DNA of 64,000 nucleotides, taken from Candidatus Krumholzibacteriota bacterium (lineage in GTDB: Bacteria; Krumholzibacteriota; Krumholzibacteriia; JAJRXK01). The notes beneath the pieces were generated by a model. That model had not been told where the DNA came from. It saw nothing but the letters and a program-made list of their open reading frames with translations, and made no database searches. Position numbers and translations under genes: made by a program. Shown here piece by piece: positions 56,552 through 64,000 of this stretch (within the stretch, counting starts at the first letter, position 1; each line of letters starts with the position of its first letter). The stretch is from assembly GCA_963727455.1 (NCBI GenBank), contig CAVSGG010000006.1, forward strand, positions 135,483 to 199,482, given 5' to 3'.

Positions 56552-57301
56552 GTGAGCGATCCACGCTTTGAAAACATCGCAGACGATCTGAGGACCTGGC
56601 TCGCGCAGCAGCAGGCGGCGGGGAAAGATCGAGTTCACGTGGATTGGGCCCGTGTGGGCGAAATTCGCCAGCGCGCAACGGCGCGCCAGGCGAAAGACGA
56701 AGCGCCTGCGGAAAGGCCGGCTTCGCCAAAGGCCTCAGAGCAGGCCGAACGGCTGCGGGCGATCGCGCTAGAGGTTGCCGGATGTGTGAAATGCAAGCTG
56801 CACGCTACTCGCACCCAGACCGTGTTCGGCGTGGGAAATCCCGACGCCGACATGGTTTTCGTGGGAGAGGCGCCGGGCCGCGACGAAGATCTGCAGGGAG
56901 AGCCCTTTGTGGGCGCGGCCGGCCAATTGCTCACCAAGATCCTGGCCGCGATCGATCTCGCGCGCGAGGAAGTCTACATCTGCAACGTGTTGAAGTGTCG
57001 CCCTCCGCAGAATCGCGATCCCGAGCGGGACGAAGTTCAATCCTGCGAACCCTACCTGAAGCGGCAGCTCGACCTTCTCCAGCCCAAGCTCATCTGCTGT
57101 CTGGGGCGTCACGCCGCGCATACCCTTCTGGGCACCACGGCCAGCCTCAAGAGCCTACGGAGTCACATCCACGACTACTACGGGATTCCCACTCTGGTCA
57201 CCTACCACCCGGCCGCGCTCCTTAGAAACCCGCAGTGGAAGCGGCCCACCTGGGAAGACGTGCAGAAGCTGCGTGCGATGTACGATAGACTCCGCGCCTG
57301 A
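56552..57301 (+). CDS. Uracil-DNA glycosylase family 4 (Fe-S)
   Basis: CVKC, VGEAPG..ED..G.PFVG, NVLKCRPP.NR, TYHPAALL. Confidence 0.93.
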   Translation: MSDPRFENIADDLRTWLAQQQAAGKDRVHVDWARVGEIRQRATARQAKDEAPAERPASPKASEQAERLRAIALEVAGCVKCKLHATRTQTVFGVGNPDADMVFVGEAPGRDEDLQGEPFVGAAGQLLTKILAAIDLAREEVYICNVLKCRPPQNRDPERDEVQSCEPYLKRQLDLLQPKLICCLGRHAAHTLLGTTASLKSLRSHIHDYYGIPTLVTYHPAALLRNPQWKRPTWEDVQKLRAMYDRLRA

Positions 57302-57303
57302 GC

Positions 57304-57888
57304 TCACGCCTTCTTGAAATTTTCCGCCACCGTATCCCAGTTCACCAGCTTGGTCATGATAGTCTCGATGAACTTGGCGCGGTCGTTGCGGTAGTCGATG
57401 TAGTAGGCGTGCTCCCACACGTCGATGGTCAGAAGGGCAGTGGCCCCGTGGGTCATCGGCGTATCGGCGTTGGCCGTGCTCATCAATTCCAACTTGCCGT
57501 TCTTCTTCACGAGCCAGCCCCAACCGCTGCCAAAGTGCGTGGCGCAGGTCTTGGCGAATCCTTCCTTGAAGGACTCGTAGTCACCAAAGTCCTTTTCGAG
57601 CGCCTTCATGAGTTCGCCGGAAGGTGTGCCGCCCCCGTTGGGCTTGAGGCACTTCCAGAAGAAGCTGTGGTTGTAGTGCTGCGCGGCGTTGTTGAACACT
57701 CCGCCGGTCGCTCCCTGGATGATTTCCTCCAGCTTTTTGCCCGCCCATTCCGTGCCTTCGATGGCATTGTTGAGCTTGTTGACGTAGCCGTTGTGATGCT
57801 TGCCGTGGTGGTACTCCAGAGTCTCGGCGCTCATATAGGGTTCCAGTGCGTTTTTGTCGAAGGGAAGAGCAGGAAGCTCGAAGCTCAT
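57304..57888 (-). CDS. sodB: Superoxide dismutase, Fe-type signature
   Basis: LP.LPF...ALEP, HHGKHH..YV, FNNAAQHYNH, FGSGWGW, DVWEHAYY; the AAQ motif favours Fe. Confidence 0.93.
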   Translation of the reverse strand: MSFELPALPFDKNALEPYMSAETLEYHHGKHHNGYVNKLNNAIEGTEWAGKKLEEIIQGATGGVFNNAAQHYNHSFFWKCLKPNGGGTPSGELMKALEKDFGDYESFKEGFAKTCATHFGSGWGWLVKKNGKLELMSTANADTPMTHGATALLTIDVWEHAYYIDYRNDRAKFIETIMTKLVNWDTVAENFKKA

Positions 57889-57971
57889 GGTGGACCTTTC
57901 TTGGCTAGGGGTTGAGATCGTGTACGCCGCACAGAATAAGCAGAGCACGCAGAGACGCCATATTTGCCGGT

Positions 57972-58034
57972 TTATCCCCATCTATCCCCGCTTCATCCCC
58001 CACTTATACCCCACTTATACCCTGCTTATGCCCC
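57972..58034 (+). repeat. Array of six degenerate 9-mers at 10-11 bp period
   Basis: TTATCCCCA 57972, CTATCCCCG 57982, TCATCCCCC 57993, TTATACCCC 58004, TTATACCCT 58015, TTATGCCCC 58026. Confidence 0.8.
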
Positions 58035-58180
58035 GAACCGTCCCAACCATTTGTGGCCCCACCCTTTGGGTGCGACTTGAAGACTCCGTGGACGAGAGCT
58101 ATTCTGGTTCCCCCGCGCGATCGCCAACCATCGAGGATCGCATTGCGCCTCGCTTTATTCTGCCTCGGTCAGGTGATCTG

Positions 58181-59641
58181 ATGGATCAACCCCAGTTCCA
58201 ATCCCTTCCTCGGCGCGACGAGGCGCCGCTCCCCAGAGATCGAGTCCCTCCCCAAGCGCAGGATGCCGAACGCGCGGTACTGTCCGCGTGCTTGCAGAGC
58301 GCGGACGCCCTGGGCGAATCGATGGAGTTGCTTCGACCACAGGACTTTTACGTCCCCCGTCATCGCGCGGTCTACCAATCCTTGATCGCCCTCAGCGAGC
58401 GTGGCGAACCGGCGGACCTCATCACGCTCGCGGACCATCTCGAAAGCCAAGGCGAGTTGGCCAAGATGGGTGGACCGGCCGAACTCGATGCCATGTTGGA
58501 CGTCGCGGCGAGTCCAGCCAACGTGAGTTACCACGCGCGCATCGTGCGCCAACGAGCGCTCCTGCGCGAGGTGATCGCGGTCAGTCACTCCACCGCCAAG
58601 GATGCCTACGAAGGCGGCGAGACTGCCGAGGAGATTCTCGATCGCGCCCAGAGCGAACTCTTCGTGCTGGCGCAGCAGGCCGAGAAGAAGGGTTACCAGG
58701 CCCTCAAGGATCTGGCCAATCTCACCTTCCAACACATTCAAGAGGCCTACCAGCGCGGCGGAGAGATCACCGGGATTCCTTCGGGCTTCAGCGATCTGGA
58801 CAAACTCACCGGCGGATTCCAGCCGAGCGACTTCGTCATCCTGGCCGGGCGGCCGTCCATGGGGAAGACGGCGATCGCGCTCAATCTGGCCTGCAATGCG
58901 GCTTCGGGTGGGCATCCGGTGGGTTTCTTCAGCCTGGAAATGTCCTCCGAACAACTCGTCACTCGCTTGATCTCCTCGATGGGCGGCTTCGACAACCACG
59001 CCATTCGCACCGGGCGCCTCAAGCCGACCGATTGGCCGCGACTGACGGAAGCTCTGGGTAAGCTGACCCAGCTTCCGGTATACATCGATGATAGCAGCGG
59101 GATCAGCGTGCTGGAGCTGCGTTCCAAGGCGCGCCGCATGGTGCAACTCCACAGCGTCAAGCTGATCGTGGTCGACTATCTGCAGCTGATGAGCAGTCAC
59201 GATCGCAGTGAGAATCGCCAACAAGAGATCAGTCAGATCTCACGCTCTCTCAAGGCGCTGGCCAAGGATCTGGGTATCACCGTGATCGCGCTTTCGCAAC
59301 TCTCCCGCGCGGTCGAGAGCCGCGGCGGCGATCATCGTCCCATGCTCAGCGATTTGCGTGAATCCGGCGCCATCGAGCAGGATGCAGACATGGTCAGTTT
59401 CGTGTATCGCCAGGAATACTACGAGCCGGACAACCCGGAGCTGGCCAACCTGGCCGAGCTCATCATCGGAAAGCAACGCAACGGACCCATTGGAACGGTG
59501 AAGCTGCACTTCGATCGCCGCTTCACTCGCTTCTCGAATCTCGCGCGCGACAAGGTGCCCCCGCCCAACTACTCGCCAACGCGCGCTTCGACGGGTCCGC
59601 CCCCCGCGCCCGAAGGCGATCCGGGCCCCGATTTCTTGTAA
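58181..59641 (+). CDS. dnaB: Replicative DNA helicase
   Basis: PPQ...AERAVL, AGRPSMGKT, FSLEM, VDYLQLM, LSQLSR, SDLRESGAIEQDAD, KQRNGP; no intein. Confidence 0.97.
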   Translation: MDQPQFQSLPRRDEAPLPRDRVPPQAQDAERAVLSACLQSADALGESMELLRPQDFYVPRHRAVYQSLIALSERGEPADLITLADHLESQGELAKMGGPAELDAMLDVAASPANVSYHARIVRQRALLREVIAVSHSTAKDAYEGGETAEEILDRAQSELFVLAQQAEKKGYQALKDLANLTFQHIQEAYQRGGEITGIPSGFSDLDKLTGGFQPSDFVILAGRPSMGKTAIALNLACNAASGGHPVGFFSLEMSSEQLVTRLISSMGGFDNHAIRTGRLKPTDWPRLTEALGKLTQLPVYIDDSSGISVLELRSKARRMVQLHSVKLIVVDYLQLMSSHDRSENRQQEISQISRSLKALAKDLGITVIALSQLSRAVESRGGDHRPMLSDLRESGAIEQDADMVSFVYRQEYYEPDNPELANLAELIIGKQRNGPIGTVKLHFDRRFTRFSNLARDKVPPPNYSPTRASTGPPPAPEGDPGPDFL

Positions 59642-59687
59642 ATCCCCGGCGTTGCCGCCCGAGCGCGCAAACGCCTATACTGCCTCC

Positions 59688-60473
59688 ATGTTATTCGTCC
59701 AACGGGTTGGAGCTGGCGTCATCGCCGCGGTTGCCGACGCGGGAAGGGGAGGAATGCTGCTGGCCCGCATGGCGGGGGCGCTTCCTTCCATCCATCGGAG
59801 TTTCCGCGAGATCCTTCGTCAAATGTACATCGTGGGGAACGGTTCTCTTCCCCTCGTCATGATCACGTCGATCTTCACCGGCGCGGTTGCGGCGGTGCAG
59901 TCCGCCTACCAGATGGGCGCCTACGTTCCCGTCAATTTGCTGGGGACCGTTGTAGCCAAGATGGTCTTCATCGAGCTGGGGCCGGTTCTGACCGCCCTGG
60001 TGGTGGGCGCGCGCGTGAGCTCGAGCATCGCGGCCGAGCTGGGGACGATGCGGGTAACCGAACAGATCGACGCTCTGGAGATGTTGGCCATCGATCCCGT
60101 GCGCTATCTCGCTCTGCCCCGATTCGTGGCCTGCGTGCTCATGTTGCCCGTGCTCACCATCTTCGCCGATCTGGTGGCCGTCCTCGGTGCGTTCATCGTC
60201 TCCACCTTCACCCTGGACATCACCACCAAGGTCTTCACCAGCGGACTACGATTTCTCTTTTACGCACACGATATTTGGGGAGGACTCATCAAGGCGGCCG
60301 TCTTCGGCGGAATCATCGCGGTGAGCGGAGTGGTCAGCGGGTTCAACACCGAAGGTGGCGCGCAGGGCGTGGGCAATGCAGCGATGCACGCCGTGGTCAG
60401 TTCGGCACTCATGGTGTTGGTCGCCGACTACCTCCTGGCAACGATCATCTTCCAGGTCTTCTTCGGATCATGA
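59688..60473 (+). CDS. mlaE: MlaE family ABC transporter permease
   Basis: ELGPVLTAL, AELGTMRVTEQIDAL..LAIDP..YL..PR, GA.GVG.A. Confidence 0.93.
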   Translation: MLFVQRVGAGVIAAVADAGRGGMLLARMAGALPSIHRSFREILRQMYIVGNGSLPLVMITSIFTGAVAAVQSAYQMGAYVPVNLLGTVVAKMVFIELGPVLTALVVGARVSSSIAAELGTMRVTEQIDALEMLAIDPVRYLALPRFVACVLMLPVLTIFADLVAVLGAFIVSTFTLDITTKVFTSGLRFLFYAHDIWGGLIKAAVFGGIIAVSGVVSGFNTEGGAQGVGNAAMHAVVSSALMVLVADYLLATIIFQVFFGS

Positions 60474-61228
60474 ACACCACGGGCATCACTCTCAGTGGGC
60501 TCTTCAAGGGCTTCGGCGAGCAAACGGTTCTGCGCGGCGTCGACCTGCACATCGCTCGCGGGGAGCAGCGTGTCATCCTGGGCAAGAGCGGCCAGGGCAA
60601 GAGCGTGTTGCTCAAACTGATGGTGGGGCTCCTCATGCCCGACCAGGGCTCGGTGCTTGTGGATGGACAGGAGGTGACGCGTCTTTCCCGGAGCGGTCTG
60701 TTCTCCTTGCGGCGCCACTTCGGGATGGTATTCCAGGGGGGGGCGCTCTTCGACTCGATGACGGTGGGGGAGAACATCGCGCTCGCGCTGCGTGAGCACA
60801 CCAGCGATAATGAGGCGCGCGTGCGCGAGAGGGTGCAGGCCGCGCTCGTCCACGTCGGTCTGGAGCAGGCTTTCGAGAAGATGCCTTCGGAGCTGAGTGG
60901 AGGAATGCGCAAGCGCGCGAGTCTGGCGCGAGCGATCGTGACGGAGCCGGAGTACATCCTGTATGATGAGCCCACCACGGGACTCGATCCCATTTCAGCC
61001 GACGCCATCAATCTTCTCATACGTCGGCTCGACGAAGAGCTGGGAGTCACCTCGATCGTGGTCACGCACGACATGGTGAGTGCGTTCAAGGTGGGCGGGC
61101 GCTTCGCGCTTCTCGACGAGGGGCGCATCATTTTCGAAGGCTCGAGCCAAGAAGCGCAAGCCACCACGGAGGGTCCGATGCGCCAGTTCATCGATGGAAC
61201 GAGCCAGGGTCCTCTTCATGCCTTTTAG
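60470..61228 (+). CDS. mlaF: MlaF family ABC transporter ATPase
   Basis: GKSGQGKS, FQ.GALFDS, LSGGMRKR, YDEPTTGLDP, VTHD. Confidence 0.93.
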   Translation: MNTTGITLSGLFKGFGEQTVLRGVDLHIARGEQRVILGKSGQGKSVLLKLMVGLLMPDQGSVLVDGQEVTRLSRSGLFSLRRHFGMVFQGGALFDSMTVGENIALALREHTSDNEARVRERVQAALVHVGLEQAFEKMPSELSGGMRKRASLARAIVTEPEYILYDEPTTGLDPISADAINLLIRRLDEELGVTSIVVTHDMVSAFKVGGRFALLDEGRIIFEGSSQEAQATTEGPMRQFIDGTSQGPLHAF

Positions 61229-61240
61229 TAGGAGCACGCC

Positions 61241-62155
61241 ATGACGGCATCCGCCCGCAGTCGGCAAGAAATCCAGGTGGGGGTCGTGGTGATCTTCGCC
61301 CTCGTAGTGCTCGTCGCGGGATTACTCTTCTTGCAGAACGTCCGCCTGCGTCAATCTACCCAATTGGTGAAGGTTCATTTCACCAACGTGGGTGGCTTGT
61401 CCACCGGAGACCCGGTGCACGTGCGCGGGATTCCCCTGGGAAAGGTGAGCGACATCCAGTTGGTGGACAAAGGGGTGATCGTCAGCTGCCAGGTGGACGG
61501 GCGAGTGCGGATCCGCCGCGACGCCGTCTTTCACATCTCTTCGGTCGGGCTGGTTGGCGAACGCGTTCTCGCCCTGGACCCGGGCACCGGCGAACCCATC
61601 GCTCACAGCGAGGATCACGTCTTCGAGGGGATCTACGACTTCTCCATGCCCGAACTTGCCGGTCAGATGGCTGAGCTGGGCGATCGCTTTAGCGATTTTC
61701 TGGACCACCTGGAGAAGACCATGGACACCCTGGACGAGGACGACGGGCTGGCGGCGATCCTGCGCGAAGCGACGCGCGCGAGCCGCGAGCTGGCCAGTTT
61801 CTTCGAGGACAACCAGGCGCAGATGCAAGAGACCTCCAGGAACGTGGCTTCCATGACGGCGCGCATGGATGATTTCCTCGATGCCCACGCGGACAGTCTG
61901 GGCAAGAGCCTCGACCGCCTTCCCGCCAGCATGAGCAGGGTGGACAGTCTTCTCGCGCGCCTCGATCGGGTTACCGAGGACAGCCGGATTCTCTTGGCCG
62001 CGATCAACGAGCAGGACGGAGCAGTGGGGAAGCTGATTCACGACAAGGAGCTGGGGGCAAAAGTGGAGGACAGCATTTTGCAGGTGAACGCGTTGATCGC
62101 GGACATTCGCCGCAATCCCCAGCGCTATCTGCACCTGACTCTCATGCAGTTCTGA
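61241..62155 (+). CDS. mlaD: MlaD/MCE family protein
   Basis: N-terminal TM, F.NVGGL..G.PV..RG..G.V MCE domain, helical tail ending DIRRNP.RY. Confidence 0.9.
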   Translation: MTASARSRQEIQVGVVVIFALVVLVAGLLFLQNVRLRQSTQLVKVHFTNVGGLSTGDPVHVRGIPLGKVSDIQLVDKGVIVSCQVDGRVRIRRDAVFHISSVGLVGERVLALDPGTGEPIAHSEDHVFEGIYDFSMPELAGQMAELGDRFSDFLDHLEKTMDTLDEDDGLAAILREATRASRELASFFEDNQAQMQETSRNVASMTARMDDFLDAHADSLGKSLDRLPASMSRVDSLLARLDRVTEDSRILLAAINEQDGAVGKLIHDKELGAKVEDSILQVNALIADIRRNPQRYLHLTLMQF

Positions 62156-62207
62156 GCGTCTCTTTCGTTCGACGCTTGAATTTTGGGACAAGCCTCCGGT
62201 CTGGAGC

Positions 62208-63629
62208 ATGACGATGAGCAAAGAGCGGAGCTCCTTTACCTGCGCGGAGTGCGGACACCTCGAAGTTCGCTGGCTCGGACGCTGCCCCGAGTGCGGCAGC
62301 TGGAACTCTCTGCGTCCATCGGCTGCGCTCTCCCCGGGACTTTCTGCCGAAGGTCGCAGCGCCCGGGGACTGCGCGCCAGCTCCAAGCCGGTGGAGGCCA
62401 AAGCTCTCACCGAAGTGGACGCCGAGCGACTGCCCCGCATGCCGATTGAGCCAAAGGACCTCAACCGCGTCCTGGGAGGGGGGCTGGTTCCGGGCAGCAT
62501 TCTGCTCCTGGGAGGCGCGCCGGGCGTGGGCAAATCGACGCTGCTCACGATGATCGGCGGCGGTTTCGCGGCAAAGCAGAACAGCGCGGTCTATCTGTCG
62601 GCCGAGGAATCGGCCGCGCAGGTACGGCGCCGCGCCGCGCGGCTGCAGTGTCTGCACGAGGCTTACCTCGTTTTGGAAGAGCCCTGTCTCGAACGCGTGC
62701 TGCCCGCTCTCTACGAAAATCCCCCCACCTTCTTGGTGGTGGATTCCATTCAGACCGTCTACAGCGAACAGCTCGAGGGAATTCCGGGAAGCGTCTCCCA
62801 GATCCGATTCTGCGGGGGACTCTTGGCCGACTTCGCACGCGCCACCGGCTGCGCGGTGGCCCTGGCCGGGCACGTCACCAAGGAAGGGGATCTGGCCGGC
62901 CCTCGCGTGCTGGAACATCTGGTCGACCTCGTGTTGTACTTCGAACCCGATCCCCACGGAATGGTACGGCTGATTCGCGCCTTCAAGAACCGCTTCGGCG
63001 CCACCGGCGAGCTTGCGGTGCTGGAGATGACCGACACGGGTCTGCGTCCGGTGCGCGATCCAAGCGCGCTGTTTTTAGCCGGACGTTTGGTAAACGAGCC
63101 CGGCAGCGCGGTCACCGTCATCCAAACCGGAACGCGACCCTTCCTAGTGGAAGTGCAGGCCCTCTTGAGCCCGAGTCACTACGCCACTCCCTCGCGCGTA
63201 GTGGCGGGGATCGACTCCAAGCGCGTCGCTCTGCTCGCCGCCATCCTGGAGCGAAAGGGCAACTTGCAGGTGGGCGGCCTCGATGTCTTCGTGAAGATTG
63301 CCGGAGGACTGAAGGTTCACGACCCGGCCGCCGATCTGGCCCTGATCGCGGCCATGGCCTCCAGCGTCAAGGAGCGGGCGCTCGCGGCCGAACAGATTCT
63401 ATTGGGTGAGGTCGGATTGACCGGTGAGTTGCGACCGGCGCAGAACCTGAAGCCGCGTCTCTTGGAGGCCGCGGCGCACGGCTTCCACCGCGCGGTGGTA
63501 GCCTCCTACGACGAGGCCTCCCTGCCCAAGATCAAGGGCCTCAAGGTCGAGGCGGTGCGAACGGTGGGCGCCGCGCTGGCCATCGCCTTTGGAATGGGAA
63601 CGGTGAAGTCGCTGCGTGAGGAGAACTGA
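62208..63629 (+). CDS. radA: DNA repair protein RadA/Sms
   Basis: CAEC..W.GRCP.C..W, GAPGVGKST, DSIQT, AGPRVLEHLVD, KNRFG, GEVGLTGE. Confidence 0.96.
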   Translation: MTMSKERSSFTCAECGHLEVRWLGRCPECGSWNSLRPSAALSPGLSAEGRSARGLRASSKPVEAKALTEVDAERLPRMPIEPKDLNRVLGGGLVPGSILLLGGAPGVGKSTLLTMIGGGFAAKQNSAVYLSAEESAAQVRRRAARLQCLHEAYLVLEEPCLERVLPALYENPPTFLVVDSIQTVYSEQLEGIPGSVSQIRFCGGLLADFARATGCAVALAGHVTKEGDLAGPRVLEHLVDLVLYFEPDPHGMVRLIRAFKNRFGATGELAVLEMTDTGLRPVRDPSALFLAGRLVNEPGSAVTVIQTGTRPFLVEVQALLSPSHYATPSRVVAGIDSKRVALLAAILERKGNLQVGGLDVFVKIAGGLKVHDPAADLALIAAMASSVKERALAAEQILLGEVGLTGELRPAQNLKPRLLEAAAHGFHRAVVASYDEASLPKIKGLKVEAVRTVGAALAIAFGMGTVKSLREEN

Positions 63630-63632
63630 ATC

Positions 63633-64000
63633 ATGGTGAAGAAGCTCTCGGTGTGCGCGGTGGTGCTGGCTGCGGGTCAGGGAAAAAGGGCCGGAGGAGC
63701 CAAGCAATTCAAGCGCGTCGCCGGGCGCACTCTGCTCTACCACGCCTGTGCGCCTTTCCTGGACACGCCCGAGGTCAAGGGACTCGTGGTCGTGGTTCCC
63801 CGGGGGCGCAGCAGCGAAGTCACCGAAGAGATGTTCGACTGCGACGCGCGCAAGCTCCTTTCGGTGGTGGTGGGAGGAAAGACGCGCCACGAGAGCTCCC
63901 GGCGCGGCTTGGCCGCCCTTCCCAAAGCCTGCGAGATCGTGCTGATCCACGATGCCGCGCGTCCCTTCGCAACTCCCAAGCTCATTCGGCGCGTGATTGC
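63633..64000 (+). CDS. ispD: 2-C-methyl-D-erythritol 4-phosphate cytidylyltransferase, truncated by window end
   Basis: Own translation gives MVKKLSVCAVVLAAGQGKRAGGAKQF...GGKTRHESS..GL...VLIHDAARPF; follows radA. Confidence 0.9.
   Translation, partial: MVKKLSVCAVVLAAGQGKRAGGAKQFKRVAGRTLLYHACAPFLDTPEVKGLVVVVPRGRSSEVTEEMFDCDARKLLSVVVGGKTRHESSRRGLAALPKACEIVLIHDAARPFATPKLIRRVI

Noticed and set aside
57972-58034. CRISPR array or replication origin
   Set aside because: Units are ~11 bp with no spacers and no cas genes; there is no adjacent dnaA/dnaN or AT-rich unwinding element.
58181-59641. Intein in DnaB
   Set aside because: Helicase motifs are contiguous and the length is normal; there is only a short Pro-rich C-terminal tail.
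1-64000. Prophage, IS element or genomic island
   Set aside because: No integrase, transposase or phage genes, no tRNA attachment site, and composition looks uniform by eye.

Overview
GC-rich (roughly 60-65% by eye), gene-dense bacterial chromosomal region, almost all on the + strand. The outer-membrane, lipoprotein and Mla genes indicate a diderm. The DUF4783, DUF4159, DUF4175 and 'AsnB-like' genes and the very large NtrY-like kinase suggest an FCB-group lineage (inference only). Most genes are housekeeping: envC-like M23 peptidase, holB, tatD, rsmA, secD/secF, nnr, tsaD, priA, rho, rpmE, prfA, prmC, trkH, murA, selB, rqcH-like NFACT, yicC, gmk, rpoZ, coaBC, family-4 UDG, Fe-SOD, dnaB, mlaEFD, radA and ispD (truncated by the window). 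I found no rRNA, tRNA, CRISPR array or mobile element. The best candidate for an undescribed system is a five-gene signalling operon at 28.6-36.0 kb behind a sigma54-type promoter and a long hairpin leader. It encodes a REC-GGDEF protein, two paralogous kinase-GAF-HD-GYP fusions with degenerate HD-GYP sites, and two stand-alone receivers. Also notable: a ~185-nt multi-hairpin candidate ncRNA with its own sigma70 promoter upstream of rsmA, six helically phased 9-mers between sodB and dnaB, an in-frame TrkH-lipoprotein fusion, an RqcH homologue apparently lacking its decoding residues, and two uncharacterised envelope gene clusters. All calls are from visual motif recognition; no searches were run.
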